This document shows positions 28,562 to 37,392 of a stretch of 53,831 nucleotides of DNA, piece after piece. Each line of letters begins with the position of its first letter. The first letter of the stretch is position 1. The notes under the pieces are model-generated. The model did no database searches. It saw only the letters and a list, made by a program, of their open reading frames with translations, and was not told the DNA's origin. A program made the translations under genes and the position numbers. Source of the stretch: Candidatus Kaiserbacteria bacterium (GTDB taxonomy: Bacteria > Patescibacteriota > Minisyncoccia > Phycocordibacterales > JABAAK01); assembly GCA_026713605.1 (NCBI GenBank), contig JAPOOC010000004.1, forward strand, positions 1-53,831, in the 5' to 3' direction.

Positions 28562-29665
28562 TTACTGCAGACGAAAAAGGTTTTTGAAGAAATTAGCGAT
28601 CTTCTTGAAAAGGTTGGTGAAAAAGTTTCCGGAGGTACTTTCGCCACCATCTTTCCCGTCTTGATCGTTCCGGATAATCTCTCCATTATTCCCTGCGTCA
28701 GAGTTAGATCCTGTTGCAACTGTGTTCTTCGGTGTTACACAATCTGTAACGGTAATCTTACCAAGTGCATTAGGTGTAATGCTGTTGATAAGGTTTCTTG
28801 TTTGCGCGTCTACCACCCCGGTGACCGGGATATGGTACGCTGACTGAAAACGCTCCAACGCTGCAAGTGTTCGCGGACCGAAATATGAAGTTTCCTGTCC
28901 GGGTGAACCTGCGCCAATTGTTGCAAGCGTGAAGCCGTTTCGGTTCAGAAACTGTTGTAAGTTCTTAACCGTTGGACCACACGAATCACAACCAAAGTCG
29001 TCAGTGGTGTTTCCTGTCAGTGCTGCGATTTGCTGTTGTAACACAGCAACTTGCCTTTGGAGATCAGCAATGTTTCGCATAATCGTGTCCTGTTTTCTGG
29101 TGGCATGCCTTTTGTCAGTTTGTACCGCTGTAACAACACGAGTGGTGTCAACAGGGTGTCCGACAAAGACAACCTCCAAATCCGGCGTGAGGTACGAAGT
29201 CACCTTCGTAACAACCGCATCAGAGGTTGATGGGTACCCAGAGAAGACGGTCTCCAAGTCAGGAGCAGAGTAGTGTACTTTGCTCGTAACTGGAAAACGC
29301 AACTCCGACCGAACCATAAAGGTTTCTGATGCAGGTACTTCCGCAACATATACCACAGCTTCTGAAGAAGTAGGCAGGTTGCGTACAACCTGGCTTGACT
29401 CCTTCGCAGCAACAGTAGTGTGTGGATGACCCACAAAAACAACCTCTGCGTCAGGGATAGTAAGAGAGACATGCTGCACGACAGTAGTCGGTGCAGGAGT
29501 GTTCTCAAATACGGTCTCTAAGCTCGGAGCAGTGTAAGAAACACTGCGTGCAACCGGGAAAAACAGTTCTGATTGTGCGAATACTTTACTACCCACCAAA
29601 GGGGTAGCAACACAAACAATAACCGCTACGATAATCAGTAACGAGTTTTTACACGCGTTACTCAT
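28562..29665 (-). CDS. secreted protein with internal repeats, coiled coil and peptidoglycan-binding domain
   Basis: Signal peptide (VFA); VKNLQQFLN..GF...GAGSPGQETSYFGPRT..A..RFQ...TG.VD..TR PG-binding domain; amphipathic C-terminus. Confidence 0.85.
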   Translation of the reverse strand: MSNACKNSLLIIVAVIVCVATPLVGSKVFAQSELFFPVARSVSYTAPSLETVFENTPAPTTVVQHVSLTIPDAEVVFVGHPHTTVAAKESSQVVRNLPTSSEAVVYVAEVPASETFMVRSELRFPVTSKVHYSAPDLETVFSGYPSTSDAVVTKVTSYLTPDLEVVFVGHPVDTTRVVTAVQTDKRHATRKQDTIMRNIADLQRQVAVLQQQIAALTGNTTDDFGCDSCGPTVKNLQQFLNRNGFTLATIGAGSPGQETSYFGPRTLAALERFQSAYHIPVTGVVDAQTRNLINSITPNALGKITVTDCVTPKNTVATGSNSDAGNNGEIIRNDQDGKDGGESTSGNFFTNLFKKIANFFKNLFRLQ

Positions 29666-29898
29666 AATATAGTTAGTTAGATTAATAATAGGTGAAAGAG
29701 CGCAAAAAGAACGGTACAAGGGTCAGCAGAAAGAGGTATGGTGTGTACTGCTTTCTGGCATAAACTACCTTTATTTTGCCATATTTTACCAAAATAGGCA
29801 AGTTGACAAAATAGAGAAATATAGCATAAAAGATAGCAAAAAAAGCAATAAAATAAAGGTTTTTTGCAATACATCGGGTAATAAGCAATAGCATATAT

Positions 29899-29927
29899 TT
29901 GACAATAAAGCAATTATTATATATAAT
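29899..29927 (+). promoter_or_regulatory. perfect consensus sigma70 promoter
   Basis: TTGACA-17nt-TATAAT, followed by a 14-bp leader inverted repeat 29951-29964/30003-30016. Confidence 0.8.
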
Positions 29928-30084
29928 TATAGCAATGTAAGTCGTGTTTTATGGTGTGTGGTTCGTTGGTCTATTACAATAATTGTTAAAGCTTAAAGCA
30001 GAGAACCACACACCATGGTTGGAAAAATCAAAAAAAATTGAAAAAAGACCTCCCGCGTTTGGGATAGGCAAAAAGGAGAAAGAA

Positions 30085-31416
30085 ATGAAAAGTTTAAAGG
30101 GAATTTTTATCGTTTTGATCGCCATCGTGGCGACCATAATTGTGGGTTGTGACAACATGTCCAACCCGGTCTCACCCTCACCAGCAACCCCCACAACAAT
30201 GGGGGAACTGAAACAGGCAGCCACAACTCGCGCCGGCGGAATCAGCGCCGAAGGAGTTGAGGTTGTCAGCGGCGGCTCCGCCGCCGCCCCCAGCATCGTC
30301 AAGCAGATCGATGCTGAAGGCACACTCACCGTTTCTCTGTCTCACATTGAGACAGAAGAAGATGGCGACGAAATCATCGCCATCACCGCAAAAAGCGGAC
30401 AATTTGTCGGAAACGACAAATTCCGCTTCTACGCGGGTGGACGGTACCTCGGTAGGGTCACCCTGCCAGAGGACGCGGTCCTCATAGAGCTGCACATCCG
30501 CATGGATGATGCAGATCTCGGAACCGGGGAGAGCAACATTGAGGTCGAGGTCTCCCGCAACGGCAGAATCATCGCCGACGCGGAACTCGCCCTTGACCGG
30601 GCAATCCCCGGCCCTCGTCTTGAAGAAGCCAGAATCGGCGAATTCGCCGATGAGGTCGTCCTCGTATTCTCCGAAGATGTTGACGCTTTCCACGCCATCA
30701 AGGACAACCTCCGGGTTGTCAATGGCAGTGGCGAGGTGTTACAGATTCGGAGTTTCGGCGAAAACGCAGATGAGATCACACTCATCATGCGAAAAGATCT
30801 CAGCGTCGGCGAGTACACCATCACCTACAGCGGTGAAGGTGGACTTGAGTCGCTAAGTGGCGAACCTCTTCGCCAGTTCTCAACCACGCTGGTGGTTGGG
30901 GACGGAGATGCGGCTGACGAAGAGCCAACCGAAGACACGGCCGTATGGAAGACCATCCCCCACGGGCTATATAGCTCAGGGGATCAATTCCTGGTCGCCC
31001 TTGACGCCTTCGGCTACCTCCCGAGCAATTGGACTCGGGAGATCCTTGGAACGATCATGTTCCAAGTCCAGAGTGAGGTCGGCACCACCGACCTCTACCG
31101 CGTAACCGCGGCAGATCTCGGACTGAACGCGCCTTACTCGGCGAAGGATATTATCCTCGCTGTGGCAGGCGCCGGGTACCAACTGGTGCCAAGCGAGACG
31201 GCAGCGCAGCTCCGCCTCCTCATGCCGGAGCAGCCAGTAGGGGAAACCTTGCTGGTCGTGTCCGGCCCGCTGAACCGCCCCGGGCAAACGAGCAAATATA
31301 TGCTCGCCCTCGGCGGCGGCAACGCGGAACACCCCGGCAAACACCTGTTTGCCGTGGGTGTTGAAGAAACCCTGAACTCCGGGGAGTACCCGGAGTTCAT
31401 CGTGACCAAACAATAA
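30085..31416 (+). CDS. putative lipoprotein with Ig-like domain(s) and conserved C-terminal domain (paralog 1)
   Basis: SD AAGGAG; lipobox-like IVG-C; Big_5/SwmB-like segment VVLVFSEDVD...YTITYS; C-terminus homologous to 31634-32299. Confidence 0.8.
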   Translation: MKSLKGIFIVLIAIVATIIVGCDNMSNPVSPSPATPTTMGELKQAATTRAGGISAEGVEVVSGGSAAAPSIVKQIDAEGTLTVSLSHIETEEDGDEIIAITAKSGQFVGNDKFRFYAGGRYLGRVTLPEDAVLIELHIRMDDADLGTGESNIEVEVSRNGRIIADAELALDRAIPGPRLEEARIGEFADEVVLVFSEDVDAFHAIKDNLRVVNGSGEVLQIRSFGENADEITLIMRKDLSVGEYTITYSGEGGLESLSGEPLRQFSTTLVVGDGDAADEEPTEDTAVWKTIPHGLYSSGDQFLVALDAFGYLPSNWTREILGTIMFQVQSEVGTTDLYRVTAADLGLNAPYSAKDIILAVAGAGYQLVPSETAAQLRLLMPEQPVGETLLVVSGPLNRPGQTSKYMLALGGGNAEHPGKHLFAVGVEETLNSGEYPEFIVTKQ

Positions 31417-31429
31417 CTTGTTCTTTTTG

Positions 31430-31455
31430 AGGCGCGCCTTACGGCGCGCCTTTTT
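31430..31455 (+). terminator. intrinsic terminator
   Basis: AGGCGCGCC-TTAC-GGCGCGCCT-TTTT. Confidence 0.85.
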
Positions 31456-31519
31456 CTATGCAGAAAAAACCACACGAAAACCACCAAGTACTGGCTTTCC
31501 TACACTATTACCTAAATAT

Positions 31520-31548
31520 TGGACAAATCAAGGGTTTTCGTGTATAAT
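31520..31548 (+). promoter_or_regulatory. sigma70-type promoter
   Basis: TGGACA-17nt-TATAAT, followed by leader hairpin GTGTGTAGT/ACTACACAC. Confidence 0.7.
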
Positions 31549-31633
31549 TAAAGCAAATGGTGTGTAGTGTAATTGTTCGTTAACAAAGACGAAAACTACA
31601 CACTACCAACTTAAGGAAAAAAGGAGAACTGAA

Positions 31634-32299
31634 ATGAGAAAAATTTTTCTCATGGTAGCCATGACCTTGGTTGCCATCACAATTGGCTGCGGCGACGCAG
31701 TCAACCCCGTCGCAGAAAGCGACGAAGACCCTCGCTGGATCCAAGAAGAGGGTGCCCATACTTTCAGTGTGGACACCGAAACCACGACCACGATCCGGGG
31801 CGGCACATGGATGACCGTCCCCCACGGGCTCCTTGACTCTGGCGATGACCACATGAACGCCCTCATCAATGAGGGCTTCAGAGTGGATCACCAAGGCGAG
31901 AGAATTTTTGGAACAATCATGTTCCAAACGGCCAAGGAAGAGGGTGAAACAACCCTCGGGCGTGTGAAAATCGCCGACCTGTTCCCAGAAGGGACAGGGT
32001 CGGTAACGCCGCAGGAGATCTACGACGCCGTCCGGCGAAGTGAGATCTTCGAGCCAGCACTGCCGGAGACGGCAGCACAAGTCCGGAGGCTGTACACCAA
32101 CCAACCGGCAGGGGAAACCTTGCTGGTGGTGTCCCACCGCATGAATGCGGTGAAGAGTGAAGAGAAGTGGCAATTCGCTCTTTACAACAGCGGTACTGGC
32201 GACGAGCCAGTACAGGGGCTTCGGTCAATCCAGATGTCCGAAAAGCTGGACTCGGACATCGTTGAAGTTGTCGTTGCCGTCAAAAGCAGCGACGAGTAG
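31634..32299 (+). CDS. putative lipoprotein (paralog 2)
   Basis: SD AAGGAG; TIG-C lipobox-like motif; shares W.T.PHGL..SGD, I.GTIMFQ, ETAAQ.R.L...QP.GETLLVVS with paralog 1. Confidence 0.8.
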   Translation: MRKIFLMVAMTLVAITIGCGDAVNPVAESDEDPRWIQEEGAHTFSVDTETTTTIRGGTWMTVPHGLLDSGDDHMNALINEGFRVDHQGERIFGTIMFQTAKEEGETTLGRVKIADLFPEGTGSVTPQEIYDAVRRSEIFEPALPETAAQVRRLYTNQPAGETLLVVSHRMNAVKSEEKWQFALYNSGTGDEPVQGLRSIQMSEKLDSDIVEVVVAVKSSDE

Positions 32300-32318
32300 G
32301 TAGTTTGAACTCTTTAAC

Positions 32319-32346
32319 GGCGCGCCTTATACGGCGCGCCATTTTT
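32319..32346 (+). terminator. intrinsic terminator (near copy of 31430)
   Basis: GGCGCGCC-TTATAC-GGCGCGCC-ATTTTT. Confidence 0.8.
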
Positions 32347-32425
32347 ATACACAGAAAAACAAAGCAAACACAAGAAAAGCACCGTTTGCACAGGGCAAGA
32401 ACAGTGTGCTACTATATATACCATT

Positions 32426-33214
32426 ATGGCAAACAACAAAGACATCGCCCAAGAGATAGAACGGGTTGGGGGGCACTACGCCGTAACAAATCGGTACCGG
32501 CACCCGTCTTTGGGATCTATGATTGAAGGGAAGAAAGGCAATCAAGCAGTTTTTTCTCTTGAAAAAGTAACAGATCTGCTGGAAAAAACACTTGCCTTTG
32601 TTGAAGAGTGTGGTAAAAAAGGACACATCATACTGTTTGTTGCCACGCGCCAGGAGACGGTTGACTTAGTAAAGCAGACAGCAGAAAACCTCTCACTACC
32701 GTACATGCTCAATCGCTGGATCGGCGGCACCCTATCAAACTTCACCAACATCAAGGGGCGAATCAACAAAATGAGCACTATGCAGAAAGAAAAGGAGGAG
32801 GGCGCATGGACAAAGTACACAAAGAAAGAGAAGGTGCTATTAAATCGAGAGCTGGCAAAACTGGAAAACCGATTCACTGGCATCGCGGCATTGACTGAGT
32901 TGCCAAAGGCAATATTTATACTTGACACCCGAAAGGAAAGCATAGCGGTAAAGGAGGCAAACGGTGCGAAGGTGCCGGTCATCGGGTTTTCTACCGCCAA
33001 TGCGGATATACACCGCATACAACACCCTATCATAGCGAACATACACTCACGGCAAGCGGTCACCTACATTCTCAGCTTGGTTGAGGAGGCGTACAAGAAA
33101 GGGGCGAGCAACAAAGAAAAAGAGGTACCGCCTGCCGACAGCAAAAAGACAGATGGTGGAAATAGCGGTATGAGTCAGGAAAAAGCAGGTACTATACCTA
33201 CTAAACAGGTATAA
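32426..33214 (+). CDS. rpsB: 30S ribosomal protein S2
   Basis: ILFVAT, RWIGGTLSNF, ESIAVKEA; upstream of tsf. Confidence 0.95.
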   Translation: MANNKDIAQEIERVGGHYAVTNRYRHPSLGSMIEGKKGNQAVFSLEKVTDLLEKTLAFVEECGKKGHIILFVATRQETVDLVKQTAENLSLPYMLNRWIGGTLSNFTNIKGRINKMSTMQKEKEEGAWTKYTKKEKVLLNRELAKLENRFTGIAALTELPKAIFILDTRKESIAVKEANGAKVPVIGFSTANADIHRIQHPIIANIHSRQAVTYILSLVEEAYKKGASNKEKEVPPADSKKTDGGNSGMSQEKAGTIPTKQV

Positions 33215-33216
33215 CT

Positions 33217-33798
33217 ATGGCAGACATAGCAACTATAAAGAAACTCAGAGATGAGACCGGACACGCAATAGCAAAGTGCAAGGAGGCGCTAGAGGAGTCG
33301 GGTGGTGATATGGAAAAAGCACGAGAAGTACTAAGAGAGAAAGGCGCACTTGCCGCCCAAAAGAAAGCAGATCGTGACCTCGGGTCAGGGGTAGTGCAGT
33401 CGTACATACACACCACAAATCGTATCGGCACAATGGTTGAGTTGCTATGTGAAACTGACTTTGTCGCGCGTAACGAGGAGTTCGTTACGCTTGCGCGGGA
33501 TATTGCCATGCACTGCGCCGCGTTTCAACCGCAATACCTCGCGCGGGATAGCATGCCTGCGGAGGTCTTGGAGCAGATAACGGCTGAGTTGCAGGAGGGA
33601 GCAGATGCCGACAAGCCAGCCGAGGTGCGAGAAAAGATCGTGCAAGGTATGCTTGATGCGAAACTAAAGGAGGTCGTACTGCTGGAACAAGCATTTGTAA
33701 AAGATGACTCCCGAACCATCACACAATTGATTGAAGAGGCGGTGCAAAAGTTCGGTGAGCGCGTAGAGGTCGGTCGGTTCGTGGTTTGGGTGCTATAG
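33217..33798 (+). CDS. tsf: elongation factor Ts (short form)
   Basis: IKKLRDETG...CKEAL...ELLCETDFVARN. Confidence 0.97.
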   Translation: MADIATIKKLRDETGHAIAKCKEALEESGGDMEKAREVLREKGALAAQKKADRDLGSGVVQSYIHTTNRIGTMVELLCETDFVARNEEFVTLARDIAMHCAAFQPQYLARDSMPAEVLEQITAELQEGADADKPAEVREKIVQGMLDAKLKEVVLLEQAFVKDDSRTITQLIEEAVQKFGERVEVGRFVVWVL

Positions 33799-33817
33799 GT
33801 GAGGGTATACTGTGGAT

Positions 33818-34312
33818 ATGGATACCGCTGAGATCATCGCCTACTCCTTTTTTGTAACAGCAGGGGTAACCACCCTATACCTGATACTCCTCGCAATAGA
33901 AACAAAAAGAGGAATTCGACTCGGAAGAAAGTTTCGGCAGTATATGGATCAAAAAGTGACCACGGTCGCAAAACGGCTGGGGAAAAATGCCACCTTGGTC
34001 AACACGCTCTATGAGCGAGGGGTTGATGAGGTTGAAAAAGACCTGATTGATCCGGTCGCTAAGCCGATTATAGAAACGCAGCACCAATATACAAAACTAA
34101 AAACCGGTGAGCGGGAAATTGTGTACACCGGGAAAAGAGGGGTATCACCGCACTTGCAGAAGATAGTGGATCTCCATAAAAAAAGCAAGAAAAAGAAACG
34201 GCGAAGAAAGAAAAAGCGAAAAGGAGAAAAGCAGCTCCAGCCACAAAAACAACCAGCGCAGCCGGAACAATCGCCGGAAGGCGAAGAAAGCAAGCGGCAT
34301 GATGAGCAGTAG
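33818..34312 (+). CDS. hypothetical membrane protein with poly-basic tail
   Basis: N-terminal TM (…AIETKRGIRL), C-terminal KKSKKKKRRRKKKRK. Confidence 0.75.
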   Translation: MDTAEIIAYSFFVTAGVTTLYLILLAIETKRGIRLGRKFRQYMDQKVTTVAKRLGKNATLVNTLYERGVDEVEKDLIDPVAKPIIETQHQYTKLKTGEREIVYTGKRGVSPHLQKIVDLHKKSKKKKRRRKKKRKGEKQLQPQKQPAQPEQSPEGEESKRHDEQ

Positions 34313-34889
34313 AATACCCAAAACATTTTTTGCGGTGCCAACCGTGCAACTGGCGAAAGATCTGTTGGGGTGTGTGCTCATGCGGGAAACGGAGACAGGA
34401 CGGATGGCAGGCACCATCGTTGAGACCGAAGCGTACACCGAAGACGACGCGGCATCCCATTCGTTTGGGGGCAGGCGGACGAAACGAAACGCAATGATGT
34501 TTGCAAGTGCCGGACATGCGTATGTCTATGTGTCGTACGGTATACACCACTGTTTAAACATCGTCTCAGAGAGTATGGGGCAGGGGTGCGCGGTATTAAT
34601 CCGAGCAGTGATGCCAACAGAGGGCATCGCACAAATGCGAAAAAATCGTGGCGATGTGTCGGACACGCTACTGACAAACGGTCCGGGCAAGTTGTGTCAG
34701 GCATTTGGGATTACCGGAGAACACAATGGCATTGACATGACGGACGCGGGGTCACCGCTGTATGTAGTACCAAGAGAAGAAAAAGCAATAAGCATCAGAG
34801 CAACGCCAAGGATTGGCATCACAAAAGCAAAAAGCAAAAAATATCGATTTTTACGCAAAGAGCAACCACACAACCGACCAAGCCACTGA
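34299..34889 (+). CDS. mpg: DNA-3-methyladenine glycosylase (MPG/AAG family)
   Basis: LAKDLLG, IVETEAY, YVYVSYGIHHCLNIV, AVLIRA, GPGKLCQA, PRIGI. Confidence 0.95.
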   Translation: MMSSRIPKTFFAVPTVQLAKDLLGCVLMRETETGRMAGTIVETEAYTEDDAASHSFGGRRTKRNAMMFASAGHAYVYVSYGIHHCLNIVSESMGQGCAVLIRAVMPTEGIAQMRKNRGDVSDTLLTNGPGKLCQAFGITGEHNGIDMTDAGSPLYVVPREEKAISIRATPRIGITKAKSKKYRFLRKEQPHNRPSH

Positions 34890-34910
34890 AAATGCTGTAC
34901 CATAGATACT

Positions 34911-35492
34911 ATGCACAGGTTTATTGCATTAGATGTAGAGTCAACAGGGGTAGATTTTTGTTCGTCGCAGGTTATTCAGTGTGGGGCAATATTTTTAGAT
35001 GAAAAAATGCAAGCAGTCGGTTCGCGGGAGTGGGATATTAAGTACATATCAGAAAAGTTTTCGTGGGACGCCGATGCCGAAGAGGTACACGGCATCAGTA
35101 TGGAGCAGGCAAAGACACACGGAGTCGCGCCAGAAGTTTTCTTAAAAGAATTTGAGCAGGAAATTGTGAAACGGTATGGTATCAGTGAGGACATTGAGCT
35201 ACATATTGTCGCCGCAAACGCTCATTTTGATTATTTAATGCTACAGCGACTATGGGATGCCTACCGATCTGACACCGCGCTACCCCTGTCAAGACGGATG
35301 ATGGACATCACCGCGCTAGCATTGGCAGCACTGGGAGTAGCGGGGATGAGTACCACACTTGAGGTGCTGGGGATTGAAGAAGAGGAGAACAAGCGGCACT
35401 CAGCACTATACGATGCAGAACTGCACCTGCAAGTATTTCGCGCATTATTAGGAGTGCTACAGCAGGAGGGAGTATCACTTGTACTCAAATAA
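34911..35492 (+). CDS. DEDDh 3'-5' exonuclease
   Basis: LDVESTG, NAHFD, HSALYDA. Confidence 0.88.
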   Translation: MHRFIALDVESTGVDFCSSQVIQCGAIFLDEKMQAVGSREWDIKYISEKFSWDADAEEVHGISMEQAKTHGVAPEVFLKEFEQEIVKRYGISEDIELHIVAANAHFDYLMLQRLWDAYRSDTALPLSRRMMDITALALAALGVAGMSTTLEVLGIEEEENKRHSALYDAELHLQVFRALLGVLQQEGVSLVLK

Positions 35493-35576
35493 TCGTACAA
35501 ACTTTTCGCGGAACACACGACACGCCCTGCCAGCGCATCGGCAGGAGCGACGCATAGGTGGTATACTGATAAGAGT

Positions 35577-36578
35577 ATGGGTACAAAGCGGATTTTGACA
35601 GGACTACAGCCGACAGGAGCGCTACACATAGGAAACTACTTTGGGGCAGTGCGACAGATGGTGGAGCTGCAAGAGGTAGGAGAACTCTACTTCTTTATTG
35701 CCGACCTGCACGCACTGACGGACTTAAGTGATGAGCGGACGCAACAGAGCAGCGCGCAACGGCAGGAGAACAGCCGACACCTGCTTGCAGCGAGCATTGC
35801 ACTGGGAATAGATCCAAAAAGAACAATCGTATATCGGCAATCAGATTTCCCGCAAATAACCGAATTAATGTGGATCATCAGCTGCATGCTCAAGCATACC
35901 TTTTTAACAACCGGGCATGCGTACAAGGACGCAGTGCAAGAGCAACAAGATGTCGGGCTGGGAGTATTTTTGTATCCCGCTCTCATGGCGGCAGACATAT
36001 TAATTGCCAACGCCGAGATAGTGCCGGTAGGACAAGATCAAGCACAGCATGTAGAGCTAACTCGGGAGATGGCACGCAAGTTTAACCACATCGCCGGCGA
36101 AGCATACTTCACAGAGCCACAAGAGCAGATACAACAGGCAGTTGCAGTCATTCCCGGTCTTGATGGTAAGAAAATGAGCAAGTCAAAAGGGAACACGCTA
36201 CCAATTTTTGCTGACGAAGAGGTGTTGCGCAAGCAGATAATGAGCATCGTAACCGACTCAACGCCACAAGGCGAGCCGATTAATCCAGAGACCTGTTTGC
36301 CATGCGTATATCTTGAGAAGATAATGCCACAGGAAGAGTACGGCACGATAGCAAACCGCTGCACAACTGGGAACATTTCGTACAAAGAGTTAAAGGAGCT
36401 TCTGGTGGAGCAGTACGGTAGGTATTTTAAGGATGCGCGGGAGCAGTATGAAAAACTAATTGATGACAAAAAGCATCTTGAAAAAGTACTGGAACGCAAC
36501 AGAAAACACTTGGACGCCCATTTTACAAAACAACTCACAAAGGTAAAACAGGTACTTGGTGTTTTGTCCGGATCATAA
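35577..36578 (+). CDS. trpS: tryptophan--tRNA ligase
   Basis: GLQPTGALHIGNY, YPALMAADIL, VPVGQDQ, KMSKS. Confidence 0.98.
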   Translation: MGTKRILTGLQPTGALHIGNYFGAVRQMVELQEVGELYFFIADLHALTDLSDERTQQSSAQRQENSRHLLAASIALGIDPKRTIVYRQSDFPQITELMWIISCMLKHTFLTTGHAYKDAVQEQQDVGLGVFLYPALMAADILIANAEIVPVGQDQAQHVELTREMARKFNHIAGEAYFTEPQEQIQQAVAVIPGLDGKKMSKSKGNTLPIFADEEVLRKQIMSIVTDSTPQGEPINPETCLPCVYLEKIMPQEEYGTIANRCTTGNISYKELKELLVEQYGRYFKDAREQYEKLIDDKKHLEKVLERNRKHLDAHFTKQLTKVKQVLGVLSGS

Positions 36579-36630
36579 GATCAGCGACAGTGTTTTTATG
36601 CTTCGCGCAGTAATGTTATGCCAATCACAC

Positions 36631-36659
36631 TTGCCAAACAGGACTGTTGGGGGTATAGT
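36631..36659 (+). promoter_or_regulatory. promoter 8 nt before grpE ATG (near-leaderless)
   Basis: TTGCCA-17nt-TATAGT-8nt-ATG. Confidence 0.65.
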
Positions 36660-36667
36660 TATACATA

Positions 36668-37222
36668 ATGGCAGCAAAAAAGAAAAAGGAAGACGCTAAG
36701 GAGGAGGTGGTATTTGAAGATGTCGCTGAGGCTACAAATGGTGCACTTGAGAAAGCAAAAAAAGCACTAAAAGCGTGTGAGAAAGAGCGAAAAGAGTACC
36801 TTGACGGGTGGAAGCGAGCAAAAGCAGACGCACTGAACGAAAAAAAACGACAAAAAGAGGTGTTGGAGCGAGAACGAAGCATAGCATTGCAGGGATGTGT
36901 TATGACCATATTGCCGATGATAGATTCCATTCGCGCCGCACTCAGTCAGGCATCGGATACCGCGGCAGCACAGTCAGGGGTGAAGCAGATACATACCCAG
37001 TGCCTACGGTCGTTTTCTGACCTTGGCGTAACCCTCATTGACACAGTCGGAGAGCCGTTTGACCCACTCCGACACCAATCAGTTGGAGAGCAAGAGGTTG
37101 CAGACAAAAAAAAGAGCGGCACAGTGACTGAGGTGATGCGAGCAGGGGCAACCGTCGGTGATACGGTCATTCGCCCCGCAATGGTGTCTGTTGGGGTTTG
37201 TGCAAAAGATGTGGATAAGTAG
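36668..37222 (+). CDS. grpE: nucleotide exchange factor GrpE
   Basis: EYLDGWKRAKAD..N.KKR, GEPFDP..H, VIRPAMVSV. Confidence 0.95.
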   Translation: MAAKKKKEDAKEEVVFEDVAEATNGALEKAKKALKACEKERKEYLDGWKRAKADALNEKKRQKEVLERERSIALQGCVMTILPMIDSIRAALSQASDTAAAQSGVKQIHTQCLRSFSDLGVTLIDTVGEPFDPLRHQSVGEQEVADKKKSGTVTEVMRAGATVGDTVIRPAMVSVGVCAKDVDK

Positions 37223-37224
37223 GG

Positions 37225-37254
37225 TTGACAAAAATACAAGGTTCCTGCTATCCT
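37225..37254 (+). promoter_or_regulatory. putative rpoBC promoter
   Basis: TTGACA-18nt-TATCCT with extended TG. Confidence 0.55.
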
Positions 37255-37392
37255 GCTGTACATTAAAGCACGGTGTGTATTTTGCTACGGGTCTGTCTGT
37301 TCTGTGTGCTTAAATGTGATGAGGTTCAAGCATAGCATCCTAACGCCTGGGTCTGTGTTTGATTGTGTTATACACCTACCAACATAATCAGG

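Noticed and set aside
37210-37218. Perfect DnaA box (TGTGGATAA) before the rpoB promoter
   Set aside because: Single copy inside grpE coding sequence; no cluster or origin context.
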